Counted from the first letter of the stretch, positions 10,762 to 23,548 are shown. The stretch: DNA of 64,000 nt from Octopus vulgaris (GCA_951406725.2 OX597816.1:13764001-13828000), one strand, 5' to 3'. The notes: generated by a model from the letters alone, not told the origin. Made by a program: numbers and translations.

Positions 10762-13700
10762 CTGAAGACAAAAAAATGTGAACATTTTTCTTTTGTTTTT
10801 ACAATATTATGCAAAAAAAAAGTTCCAATAAAAGATAAGGATATCTGACACATTGTTCACATGTGGAAGAAACTAGAATAACTTCAGTCAAAGTGAAGAT
10901 GAGTGAGATGCAGAATACAGGGGAGTCAATAAAAATGTATACTCAGATACTTAGATAGGTTTTGGCCACAGTGGCCCAGGCCGTAGCTAACTTAATAGTA
11001 CCACCTGGAAAAGACATCTAGTAATACTCTTTTACTTGTTTCAGTCATTTGACTGTGGCCATGCTGGAGCACCGCCTTTAGTCGAGCAAATCGACCCCGG
11101 GATTTATTTTTTGTAAGCCTAGTACTTATTCTATCAGTCTCTTTTGCCAAACTGCTAAATTACAGGGAGGTAAACACACCTACGCTCTTCGACAAAAAGG
11201 AACACAGAGAGAAAATAGAAAAAGGTTTAGTACCTAGCAATCTATCATGGCAAATGCAGATGTACAGATATATATATATATGTACATATACACATACACA
11301 CGTATATATACATGTATATACATATATATATACATGTATATGTATGTACATATAGATATACATACATATTTATATATACATACACACACACACACATGCA
11401 CACCCACACACATGCACACACATATACACACACGCATGCCGATGCCAGCGCCGCCTTGGCTGGCTTCCGTGCTGATGGCACATTAAAAGCACCAACTGAT
11501 CGTGGCCAATGCCAGACCCCCTGGCACCTGTGCAGGTGGCACGTAAAAAGCACCCATTACACTCGCGGAGTGGTTGGCATTAGGAAGGGCATCCAGCTGT
11601 AGAAACACTGCCAGATCAGACTGGAGCCTGGTGCAGCTCCTGGCTTCCAAGACCCCGGTCGAACCGTCCAACCCGTGCTAGCGCGGAAAGCAGACGTTAA
11701 ACGATGATGATGATGATATAAACACACACACACACACACACACACACATCACAAACAAATCTGCAAACCAAAAAAGGTCAATGTGGTTGCCGTAGAAGTT
11801 GATATATATTGTCAATTGCTACATTGCTCATATTGGAGCATTTCACGGCTGCACACCTAACGCGCATAATAAACCTTCAAAACGGTATTTCAAACTCTAA
11901 GCATGAACGTCGCAATGCACAGAAATCATCGATATATTTATTTATCAGCATGAACAACATCATTTGCTTCTCGGAGGCCCAGGAAGCAATATATATCGAA
12001 GGCCGTCATTCTGTGGCTTCTGTGCCATAAATCACAGGGTGAGAGAGAGCTGTGAAAACAAGAAATGTTTTCACACCCAATAACTGTGGACAGAAGTTTC
12101 TTCTCGAAAGATTTATCTGACTACGAAAATAGTCTTCGGCTGGCAGCAGCGGTGAAAAAGCGAAAATCACTATGAGGGCAATAAATTTTAAAGAGAGCCA
12201 AAACAAACAAGCAAATAAAAAAATAAAATAAATAGATAAATAAATGAAAATAAAAAAATTCTCAGCAAAATGTGACAATAAACAATGACCTTCCTGAGAA
12301 AAATGGTAAGTATGACTTATCCAAAGCCTGTCTTGATAACAGCTCCTTCAGAATAGTGAACAAGGTAATATAAAGAAAATGAATACAAAACTTTTTCTGT
12401 ATACTTCTATCTATAATTCTAATGATCATTGTTTTGACTGCTGTTGTTTAACCCCAGGTTAGCCCCTGGTCACACAACAGGTTTGTGATAAAAAGCATTC
12501 TAACTATAAATGCCTTGCCACTTCTTTCTTCTTTTTTTTTATTTGTTTCAGTCATTTGACTGTGGCCATGCTGGAGTACTGCCTTTAGTGGAGCAAATCA
12601 ACCCCAGGACTTCTTCTTTGTAAGCCTAGCACTTATTCTATCAGTCTCATTTGCTGAACCGCTAAGTTACAGGGATGTGAAAACACCAGCGTCAGTTGTC
12701 ATACGATGTTGGGGGACAAACACAGACACATAAACTTATACACATACACACACATACATATATATATATATACATGTATATATATATATATATACATATA
12801 TGACAGGCCTCTTTCAGTTTGGAAAATAGACATTGAATGGTGACAATGTTACCTGAGGATAAGCTCTGACACATCACCACTAACTTCACTCTTTCCCAAC
12901 TAGAGTAACCACTTATATCCCCTACCACAACACACCTGTTTCTCCCACTCTCTCTCTCTCTCTCTCTCTCACTTTGATGACATATACATATATGTTCCTT
13001 TCGAGCATTGAGCCTCACAGAGGCAAAGTAGCTGATTTCCTTTTGAGTGTTGGGTCTCATGGAGGCAAAGTGACTTAGTTTCTGTCAAGCGTTGGGCCTC
13101 ACGGAGGCAACGACTGAGACCTTTGACATTATGTCATGCTTGAGAAGAAGACCCATCAAGCCGAGCAAAATCACGGTCATGGCAGATACTGATATCATGC
13201 AAATGGCACCTGTGCCAGTGGCATGTAAAGGCACCCATTACATTCTCAGAGTAGTTGGCATTAAGAAGGGCATCCAGCCGCAGAAACCATGCCAAATCAG
13301 GCTGGAGTTTGGTTCAGCCTTCCAGCTTGCCAGCCCTGGTCAAACTGTCCAACCCATGCCAGCATGGACAACGGAGACATTAAATGATGATGATCATGAT
13401 GATGATGAAGCAACTGGGGTTGATGAGTTCAACAATAAAAAAACTTTCTGCAAGACGGAGCACCAGCATGGCCAGAGTCCGGTGACTGAAACAAGTAAAA
13501 AGAAAAAGAAGATATACGCCCCCCCCCACACACACACACAAGTGCTAACACACACATGTGCACAGATAATGATGGTGATGCTGATGACAACAATTATGAT
13601 GATGATGACGGTGATGACGACGACGATGATAATGACGACAATGGTGATGACGAAAGTGATGATGACGACGGTGATGATGACAATGGTGATGACGACAATG

Positions 13701-14659
13701 ATGATGATGATGATGACGATGGTCATGATGATGATGGTGATGACGACAACGATGATGACGACGACGACAATGCTGATGACGATGGTGGTGATGATGACGG
13801 TGATGATGACAATGACGACTATGATGATGAGGATGATGATGACAATGATGATGAGGATTGTCATCATCATCATCATCGCTTAGTACTTGCAGCAGTCTAT
13901 CATTCCATCAATCCTAGATTGTCCTATTGCCCCAAAGGGGGCCCCACGGGTGAGGCTAGCAAAAGGAAGCTGAAATTTCTGCCCAGCCAGACCCCATGAG
14001 ACTAATTTGATATCAAGCCTACCATTGTCTTCTCAAACAGAGAAGACAAAAAAGAGGGAGAGAGAGAGGAAGAGAGAGAGAGGAAGAAAGAGAGAGAAAG
14101 ACAGAGAGAAAGAGAGAGATCTAGTGAAGGTGACAGGAGTGATTACCAAGGAATAATGTCCACAGAAAAGACAGAGAATAAACAAGAGTTGTGTCTACTT
14201 TGGTTAAAAGTTATAGAAGAAAGTTAGAGACTTGAGCAGACAGCTTATCATTGCGGTTATTGTTGTCATTGTAAACATGGAGGGTGGAGGGTGGAAGGGT
14301 GGGGGTGGGAGGGTTGTGGTGGGAGGGTGGAGGTGGAGGAAGAGAAGAAGAAGACAATAATTTGACTGTTTGATTTATTGATTTCAAGATTACTTAAATG
14401 TCTGTGGAATCTGAAATCTTGAGTAGTGAAAGAAAATTGTGGAGAGAGAGGAGGGAGGGAGGGAGGATAGAGGGGAGGGGAGGGAGGGCAAGGGAGAGGT
14501 GGAGAGAAATGGTATGGGGGAGAGAGGTCAAAAGGAGGGGAGAGAGAGACGGAAAGAGAAAGAGCAGGTGGCGGAGAGGTGGAGTGATGGAAAAAGAGGG
14601 AGAGTGAAAGAATGAGAAAGAGAGAAAGCAAGAAGGATTGGAAGAGCAAGAGAGAGTGA

Positions 14660-15080
14660 AAATGTGAGAGAGAGAGAGAGAGAGAGCAATAGAGAGAACA
14701 ATAGAGAGAGTAATATAGAGAGGGAGAGAGCAATAGGGAGAGACAGAGAACAATAGAGAGAGTGAGAGAACAATAGAGAAAGAGAGAGAGCAATATAGAG
14801 AGGGAGAGAGCAATAGAGAGAGACAGAGAACAATAGAGAGAGTGAGAGAACAATAGAGAAAGAGAGAGAGCAATATAGAGAGGGAGAGAGCAATAGAGAA
14901 AGAGAGAGCAATATAGAGAGGGAGAGAGCAAGAGGGAGATATAGAGAACAATAGAGAGAGACAGAGAGCAATAGAGAAAGAGAGAGCAATAGAGAAAGAG
15001 GGCCAGAGCAATAGAGAGGGAGAGAACAATAGAGAGAGAGGGAGATAGAAATAGAGAGAGACAGACAAACAGAGCGCAAG
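14660..15080. repeat. Polypurine (GA)n minisatellite punctuated by CAATA
   Basis: Repeating AGAGAG(A/C)AATAG units, with an 80-bp higher-order copy starting at 14751 and 14831. Confidence 0.85.
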
Positions 15081-16707
15081 AGAGAGACAGACAGACAGAC
15101 TGTTGCGTGTTTGTGTGTATATGTGTGTACATAAGTGTATTCATATCCGTGCTTGTGTAATCTGAGGGTGTGGCTGTGTGCATCTCAGCATGATCGTGTA
15201 TCTTTGTGAAGAAATCTAAGATGGAACGGAGAATTAAAATATGACATCTTCGATGGCTATCGCTGTTCTTCTTGTTAGAGTGACATCGGTGAGTTCTGCT
15301 CGAGCGCACCTCGAGCGACTAATTAAAAGAATCAAACGAATCGTTTTGTTGTTGTTTCTAGACATCACAATCTTAACTTTATTACGAGACATGCTGTTGT
15401 AAGATTTAGGATTAAAAGCTAAGTAGTCTAGAGTCTTAAAGACAGTTCAAGCTGTATTAAGAGATTTGATGCTACACTGATCGCTTCCAAGGAATATCAA
15501 TAGATTGAAAGTTCTCTGATTGGTTTGGTTTCCTTGTTTAAACATGGCATGACATCATGTAAACACTTATCATTATGTGACCATTGTTTCTGATCATTAT
15601 CATCATCTTTGTCATTAGCAAGTTGGATCCTCATTTGCTAGAAGTAGCAGTCAAATCGCTTTTAGATCACACCAGAAATCTTATAAGAAGGACATGTTGG
15701 ATAAATGAAATAGTTTGGGTTACGCTGTTGCAGGAAAGGACGCAAAGGATGATCAAGGCTTCAATACATTTAATCATATGTTTTCATCACTGCAACAACA
15801 TAGGTGTGGCTCTGTGGTAAGAAGGCAGCGAGCGAAATGCTTAGTGGTGTTTTGGCTGCCGTTACGTTCTGAGTTCAAATTCCGCCGAGGTTGACTTTGC
15901 CTTTCATCCTTTCGTGGTCAATAAATTAAGTACCAGTTACGCACTGGAGTCGATGTAATCAACTTAATCCCTTTGTCTGTCCTTGTTTGTCCCCTCTGTG
16001 TTTAGCCCCTTGTGGGTAGTAAAGAAATAGGTATTTTGCCTGCCGCTACATTCTAAGTTCAAATTCTGCCAAGGTCGACTTTGCCTTTTATCCTTTCGGG
16101 GTCGATAAATCAAGTACCAGTTACACACTGGGGTCGATGTCATCGACTTAATCCATTTGTCCGTCCTTGTTTGTCCCCTCTATGTTTAGCCCCCTGTGGG
16201 CAATAAAGAAATAAGAAAGTTGCTTCTCAATTACAAGGTTCAAGGTTCAGTCCCACTGTGCGGCACCTTGGGCAAGAGTCTCAGACTTGTGAATGGATTT
16301 GGTACACAGAAACTGAAAGAAGCCTATTGTGTGAGTGTGTGTGTATATGTATGTATGCATGTATGTATGTGTATGTGTGTGTGTGTGTGAGAGAGAGTGT
16401 GTGTATGTATGTATGAATGTATCATCTTCATTTTTTGGATGTCTGTGTGCATCTCTTTCTCCCCCATCACTGGTTAACAACCTACACTGTAGTGTGTACA
16501 TCCTTGTAACTTAGTGGTGTGGCAATAAAGACTGACAGAATAAGAGCTAAGCTTTAAGAAAAGTATTGGGTTTGATTCATTCGAATAGAAATCCTTCAAG
16601 GTGGTGCCCCAGCATGGCCACAGTCTAACGGCTGAAACAAATAAAGGAACAAAACAATACACAAAATATTAAAAATGAAAAGAAAAAAAATTTGAAGAAA
16701 TATTTAC

Positions 16708-16827
16708 GTTTAACTTCTGTTGGTGAACAGGGAAGTTGCTGGCTTTGATATTTAGATAGCCATTCCCAGAGAAACATAACATATCTTCATATTCTGTGTT
16801 CCAGGCAACACTATTTGCAGCTGGTTC
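16708..16827 (-). CDS. IFT122: IFT122 internal exon (120 nt): [40 protein letters not shown]
   Basis: Acceptor gaacag, donor gtaaat. Matches [35 protein letters not shown]. Not in the ORF track. Confidence 0.96.
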
Positions 16828-16952
16828 CTGTTCAAAGTGGGAAAAAAAATAAAAATGGTAGTTTCAAAAGAATGCTTGAGACATTAGTTTGAGATATATT
16901 ACTAGGGGACTCAGAAGGATTAAAACAAAAGTCAGTTAGGCAGCAGTAAAAC

Positions 16953-16988
<36 letters not shown>

Positions 16989-17211
16989 AACATACATACA
17001 TACATATATGTGTGTGTGAGTGTGTAGATATATATATATATGTATAGGCATGTATATATGTATATATATATGTGTGTGTGTGTATACATATATCTATACA
17101 CAAAAATAAGTATATATATGTGTATATATATATATATATAGGTATGTATATATGTATATATGTATGTATGTATACATATATATATACACAAAAATAAGTA
17201 TACATATATAT

Positions 17212-17244
<33 letters not shown>

Positions 17245-17779
17245 GTATGTATGTTTGTATGCATGTATGTATTATTGTATATGTATATATATGTGTGTGT
17301 GTATATATATGTATATATACAAAAATATGTATAATGTGTGTATATATATATCATGATGATGATGATGACATATATATATATATTTATATGTATATATACA
17401 CATATATGTATATACATATACACATATATATATATAATTATATATACATATGCAAGTATGTATACACACACCTGCATACACACACACACACACACATGTA
17501 CACATCATATACATTGACATTAAAAAAAGCGACTCACATTCAAGTCAACTGTGAAAGATTTCTCTCTCAAAATATTTACTTCCATATCGTCCTAACCATT
17601 TCAGATGTCATAAATTTTATTCTTCCCCACAATGAGGTTTTTACACAGAAAACATGACAGATATGTATTTTCTTTGCAACACTTCATAAATTATATTTTA
17701 TCTTTTTCTGAAAGACATTTCGTAAAATAATGTTTATTCCAGCTAATGGCTTCCTACACAGTTCATGCAACCACCTAAG

Positions 17780-17890
17780 GAAGAATTCCCTAGGATAAGG
17801 CAGCACATTGTTCCAAATATTACATTTCGTTCAGATTTGGTCTTATGCTCAACGAGATATTTTCCTATTTCCAAATTTCAAAGTTCAAAT
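17780..17890 (+). mobile_element. Possible decayed mariner transposase fragment
   Basis: Frameshifted SDLVLC / DIFLFPNFK resembles mariner SPDLAPxDFxLFPxLK. Confidence 0.35.
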
Positions 17891-18007
17891 TCTATATGCG
17901 GTGTCAAAAATGGTCCATTGTTTCGGCAATTTATTCTGTTTATTGTTTCAGATATTCTCTTATACAGCAACATACACAATAATAATCTTGAATAATCATG
18001 TAAATGG

Positions 18008-18243
18008 AAGGCGGCGAGCTGGCAGAAACATTAGCATGCCAGGCGAAATGCTTAGTGCTATTTCGTCTGTCTTTACGTTCTGAGTTCAAATTCCGTCGAG
18101 GTCGACTTTGCCTTTCATCCTTTCGGGTTCGATTAAATATGCACCAGTTACACACTGGGGTCGATATAATTGACTTAATCCCTTTGTCTGTCGTTGTTTG
18201 TCCCCTCTGTGTTTAGCCCCTTGTGAGTAGTAAAAGAAATAAG
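18008..18243 (+). mobile_element. SINE family B with a Meta-domain-like centre
   Basis: GAGTTCAAATTCC B box and GCCTTTCATCCTTTCGGG...A motif, recalled as MetaSINE-like. Copies lie near 15825-16213 (tandem), 29391-29620, 29948-30170, 55410-55575 and 58210-58432. Confidence 0.75.
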
Positions 18244-18365
18244 AAACATTAGCACAGTGGGTGAAATGCTTAGTGGTACTTCGTCTGTCTTTATGTTCTG
18301 AGTTCAAATTCCGCCGAGGTTGACTTTGCCTTTCATCCTTTCAGGGACAATAAATTAAGTACCAG

Positions 18366-19775
18366 TTGGCGTACCAATACCAATACCTCCTCTTTAGCTC
18401 ATGCCACCCAAAACACACCAAGATAAATATCCCTTTCAACTTAGCTAAAAGGATTGGCACCATTGTCTCGGATCCAAAAACTCGAGAAATACACCTTCAA
18501 GACCTCAAAAAAAAAACACTATTACAACACCAATATCCCTCCGCACTCATAGACCATGGAATAAAACATGCCAAAGAACTAGACAATAATACACTGAAAC
18601 CCACCCAACACAGTAACACACCCAACCTCAAAATACTTCCATACATTTCCACCCACAACCCCAAAAACATCGAAGCATACACCACAATCATACAAAACCT
18701 CCCCTTCTTGTCCACAGACCCAAAAATGAATAATATTATCAATACACTTAAAATCTTTAAATGCAAAAGGCAACATAAATCTTTGAAAAAACTTTTAACA
18801 AATGCCAAACTTCACACACCACATCCACCCCCATCAGTTAAAAAATATGTACACCCTAACTGTGGTACCTGCCCCTTCCTACTTGAAGGCTCTGAATTTA
18901 CTTTCAAACAAGGAACAAAGTTTAAAATCAAGACCAACTTCTCCTGTTCCTCCGAGAACCTCATTTACATTCTCAAATGTGCCAGTTGCCAACACAATTA
19001 TGTTGGACAAACGAGCCTTCCTTTATGCAGAAGAATAGCAGTCCATAAAGAACAGATAAACCTCCCACAATACCGTCAAATTCTACTCAGTAGCCACATA
19101 GACTCTTGCGCTAGAGATAAAAATCCCAAATTTCACATATTCCCTTTCTACCAATGTAAAGACAGAATCTCTACACAAGAAATAATCAACAAGGAGAAGC
19201 TTTCTATTGAAAAATTCGAAATGCGTCTTAATATGCAAACTCCATGGTGACCATACTCCTTTTTCTAGCATCCTATCTGACAAAAAATTGATATAAGCAT
19301 CTTGTTTGACAAAAAATCCATCATTTCAATTAAAGAGCATAAAATTCACAGAATTGTATCCCCTTACTCAAAGGAACTGGATAACTCCTACCCCATTTTC
19401 ATTTTTGACACACAATCACCTCACCCTTTCAAAATATACACTACACTTAAACACATGCATCCTAATCCTCCAAAGAAGTTTTTCCAAGGACTAATATTGA
19501 ATTCTAAAAGCATAAAGACTCTACAATGTATTGGTATACTTATTTATTAATTTTTCTATATATGTATTATTATTTTTTTGAAAAAACATTGTAAATTTCT
19601 TTTTCCACTTCCTCAATTTACAAAAAAAATTTTTCCCCTTCCAAATCTTGAAAATTTGCCTTGCAATGAAAGCTAGTTTGATTTATCATTTTTTCTGTTT
19701 TAATTTTTCATACGCCTATTTTTATTAAAATTTACTTTCAATTTAGCATTCTGCCTTATTATAATTTTTCCTCTC
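18366..19775 (+). mobile_element. 5'-truncated Penelope-like element: RT thumb, GIY-YIG endonuclease and 3' region
   Basis: The 294-aa ORF has YLLFSSCHPKHTK (thumb), CGTC, and NLIYILKCASCQHNYVGQT...RRIAVH (GIY-YIG). A hammerhead-like motif lies downstream at 19643-19684. Confidence 0.88.
19643..19684 (+). ncRNA. Minimal hammerhead-like motif, U3-A8 variant, in the PLE 3' region
   Basis: AAATC-TTGAAAA-T-TTGC(ctt)GCAA-T-GAAA-G-CTAG-TTT-GATTT. Confidence 0.55.
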
Positions 19776-19808
<33 letters not shown>

Positions 19809-20486
19809 CATACATACACACACACATATATATATATATGTACATACATATATACGTATATATATGTACATACATATATATATGTATATATATATATATA
19901 CATAAATAAATGTACATACATATATATATGTATATATATATATACATATACATACATATATACAAGCTTCTTTCAGTTTCCTTCTACCAAATCCACTCAC
20001 AAGACTTTGGTTGGCCTGAGGCTATAGTAGAAGACACTTGCCCAAGATGCCATGCAGTGGGACTGAATCCAGAACCATGTGGTTGGTAAGCAAGCTACTT
20101 ACCACACAGCCACTCCAATTTGTGACCATCAGAAGTCCATGCACAGCCCCATTACAGAAACAGCTCTGGCAGATTAACCTTTTGTTCTAATCCAAAACTA
20201 TTGCAATAACTGTTTTACTCGGATTATCAAACAAATTTACTTGTGAGCTGGTGTTTGTGTTGTTCATTCCAAATATTTATTTAATGCCCAAAGGTAACAG
20301 ACTTCAACATCAGAAGAATGAAACAGCAGTGAAAAAGAAAAAGAGAGAAAATAGAACAATTAATTCTGTAAGGGTTTAATGGCAGGAATGTTGCTTCGTT
20401 TGTGCTTTTGTCTTTCCAATATTGGTAAACGTTAAGCAAAACATTACCTGTCCATTATGTGTTTGAAACATTTCAATATTGCCCAC

Positions 20487-20651
20487 CTGGAATAAGAGTT
20501 CTTTGTTATTCAGATCATACACCAAACATGTGTTCTGTTCATCAATTGCTGCCAATTTGGTCCGACTGGCACTCAGATCAACGCAACGGATTCCGACTGA
20601 TAACTTCAACAGCAATATTGGAAACGGGTTATTCACAAATATCTTCATAAT
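20487..20651 (-). CDS. IFT122: IFT122 internal exon (165 nt): [55 protein letters not shown]
   Basis: Poly-T plus AG acceptor, donor gtgggc. Matches ILKIFVDN...RCLDMSASRKKLAVVDE...KELLFQ. Confidence 0.96.
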
Positions 20652-20759
20652 CTAAAAAAAAAAAAAAAAACAGGAAAAAAAAAGTGGGAGGTGGAATTAA
20701 TAAATGATTCAAGTTGTTTTCATCTGATTGGTCTAAATAAATAAGAAATAAACATAACA

Positions 20760-21070
20760 CAGTTCTATATTTAAGAGATGAGGAATTATGCACATTATTT
20801 ACATTACTTATATTTGACAGATATTTGTCCTCATCTTGTTTGTTGTTAACACAATGTTTTGGCTGATATACCCTCCAGCCTTCATCAGGTGTTTTGATGA
20901 AATTTTGAACCTGGGTCCTCATTCCTATGGTATTTTTCAATATTATTATTATTATTATTATTATTATTTATTATTATTATTATTATTATTATTGTTATTA
21001 TTATCATAATTCAGGTCACTGCCTGAAATTGAACTCAGAATCTTGGGGTTAGTTGCCCGCACTCTTAACA
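20760..21070 (-). mobile_element. Short element: tRNA-like head, (AAT)n and a hammerhead-bearing tail (copy 1)
   Basis: Head at 21010-21070 and CTGATGA-A-GGCTG..CAGCC motif at 20848-20893. A second copy spans 21166-21969, with an inverted tail at 21971-22125. Confidence 0.7.
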
Positions 21071-21200
21071 TCAAAACAAACAAAAAAAAAGTACCTTTGA
21101 TACTACAAGACAATGTCGTTTTGCAAACAGAGTGTTCATTATGTAAAATAGCAATAATGCTATTTCGAACATGGGTTCTCATTCCTAACATATTTTTCAA

Positions 21201-21242
<42 letters not shown>

Positions 21243-21257
21243 CATTATTATTATTAT

Positions 21258-21817
21258 TCAGTAGTTTTATTTTTATAGCGTGCTTTCACTTCACTACCGA
21301 GTGCAGCTCTGTGTGCCTTGGGTATGTGCTGTGATTTGTTGTGATGCTCTGATGGTTATTGTATGGAAAGTGTTCTGCGTAGGATGTGTGCAGTGCCTAG
21401 TAGTGCAATTTTCTGTATGTTATATGTGTTTGTAAGTCCTGGTGTTTTTGTTATGTATTTGTCTGAATATTTTTTTATCATGCCTAATGCACCTACTATG
21501 ATAGGAATTGTTTCTGTTTTCAGATTCCACATTCTAGTTACCTCTATTTCCAGGTCTTTGTATTTTGAGAGTTTCTCCATTTCTTTTAGAGACACGTTGT
21601 CATCTGCCGGTATTGATACATCAATTAGAAAGTATTTTTTTTCTTCATGATCTGTGACAACTATATCTGGTCTGTTGGCCTTAATTTCTCTATCTGTGTG
21701 TATCGGCATATCCCAGAGTATGGTTGCTTTCTCGTTTTCTGTGACCTTTTCTGGTGTGTGCCTATACCATCTTTTTTCTGTTGTTATTCCATAATGTTGG
21801 CATAGCTTCCAATGTAT
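21258..21817 (-). mobile_element. 3' fragment of an R4/Dong-clade LINE (restriction-like endonuclease domain)
   Basis: Uninterrupted HWKLC...ILWDMPIHTDREIKANRPDIVV...LIDVSIP...EKLSKYKDL...PIIVGALG...QKIALLGTAHILRR (PD..D RLE), a short 3' UTR, and (AAT)n on both sides. Confidence 0.88.
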
Positions 21818-21828
21818 TATTATTATTA

Positions 21829-21866
<38 letters not shown>

Positions 21867-22011
21867 GTTATTATTATTATTGTTATTATCATTATTATTA
21901 TTCAGGTCACAGCCTGCAATCGAACTCGGAATCTTGGGGTTAGTACCCCGTGCTCTTAACCACTACGCCAAATACCTTAGGAATGAGAACCCAGGTTCGA
22001 AATTTCCCCAA

Positions 22012-22057
22012 GGCATCTGAAGAAGGCTGGAGAGTATATCAGCCGAAACGTTGTGTC
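22012..22057 (+). ncRNA. Minimal hammerhead-like motif (C3-G8)
   Basis: GGCAT-CTGAAGA-A-GGCTG(gagagtatat)CAGCC-GAAA-CG-TT-GTGTC. Confidence 0.65.
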
Positions 22058-22539
22058 AACAACAAACAAGATGAGGACAAATATCCGTCAAATACAAATA
22101 ACATAAATAATATGAATAATATAAACACATCAGTTGTGCTGAAAATATTCAAGATGGAATTTTGAATATTGTTCAGAAGTAAACACAAATATATTAACTG
22201 AAATTAAATTACTTAATTACATGAAGGAAAAAATGAAAATTTTCATTAAGTTGTTTTTTTAAAGTTAATTTAATGTGTTTGTACTATTTTCAAAGATGAA
22301 CCTCATAAATGTTAAACGAGATGTTTATTAACAATATAAATACAGCATAGGTGTATATCTCGACCATACATTCATCAAAGTACAGTGAGTACGCTTTACA
22401 CGATATTTACATTAAATATAATTATTTTTTTGTCAAGTGCACACATGGCTGCACCAAAAGACAGGCACGGCCGTGTGGGTAAGACGTTTGCATCTCAATG
22501 ACATGGTCTCAGGTTCAGTCCCACTGTGCGGTACTTTAA

Positions 22540-23189
22540 CCCTTTTGTTACCAACCCAGCTGAAACCGGCCCTGGCTCTGAGTACAAATGTCTTTACTCT
22601 TTACTCTTTTACTCTTTTACTTGTTTCAGTGATTTGACTGCGGCCATGCTGGAGCACCGCCTTTAATCGAGCAACTCGACCCCAGGAGTTATTCTTTTGT
22701 AAGCCTAGTACTTATTCAATCGGTCTCTTTTGCCAAACCGCTAAGTAACAGGGACATAAACACACCGGCATCGGTTGCAAGCAATGCTAGGGGGACAAAC
22801 ACAGACACACAAACACACACACGCATATATATATATACATATATACGATGGGCTTCTTTTCAGTTTCCGTCTACCAAATCCACTCACAAGGCTTTGGTTA
22901 GCCCAAGACTATAGTAGAAGACACTTGCCCAAGGTGCCACGCAGTGGGACTGAACCCAGAACCATGTGGTTGGTAAACAAGCTACTTACCACACAGCCAC
23001 TCCTGCGCCTATTTACATAAATTTGTTTACATAAATTTTTAATTAAAATTTTCCACCAAACCTTAGTCACAATTTATATTCTTAACTCTAGCTGAATTAT
23101 AAATAAGTTATTTTGTTAAATTCTTTGTTATATTTAAAGTAATTGAAAGAAACACAGAGCATCTCAATAGAAATACAGTAACGAAAGGG
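22540..23189. mobile_element. piggyBac-type MITE interrupted by a full SINE (about 22592-23011, minus)
   Basis: TTAA at 22536-22539 and 23190-23193, TIRs present, and the MITE body resumes after the SINE. Confidence 0.88.
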
Positions 23190-23548
23190 TTAAGCAACAG
23201 TCTTCTGCTACAGTCCTGAGCTGACCAAAGCCTTGAGAGGGGATTTGATAGAGAGAAAGTGAAAGTAGCCCACTGTGATCATCATCATCAACATTATCAC
23301 CATCATCATCATCATTTAATGTCTGTTTTTCATGCTGGCATGGCACGGCCTGGACAGTTTGACAGGAGCTGCCATGGGTGGGGTTTGCACCATGCCCCAT
23401 TGTCTGAACTGGAATGGTTTCTATGGCTAGGTGCCCTTCCTAATGTCAAACACTCTACAGAGTGTACTGGATGCTTTTCATGTGGCACCATCATGAGTAA
23501 TTTTTACATGGCACTGGTGATGGTGCCATGTATGAATATATATAAAAA

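Noticed and set aside
13092-13999. Poly-M, poly-D and poly-I ORFs (also at 24164-24797, 52010-52612 and 55422-56219)
   Set aside because: Stop-free trinucleotide repeats joined to retroelement remnants.
14266-15309. 347-aa Leu/Ser-rich ORF
   Set aside because: Translation of the CT-rich minisatellite.
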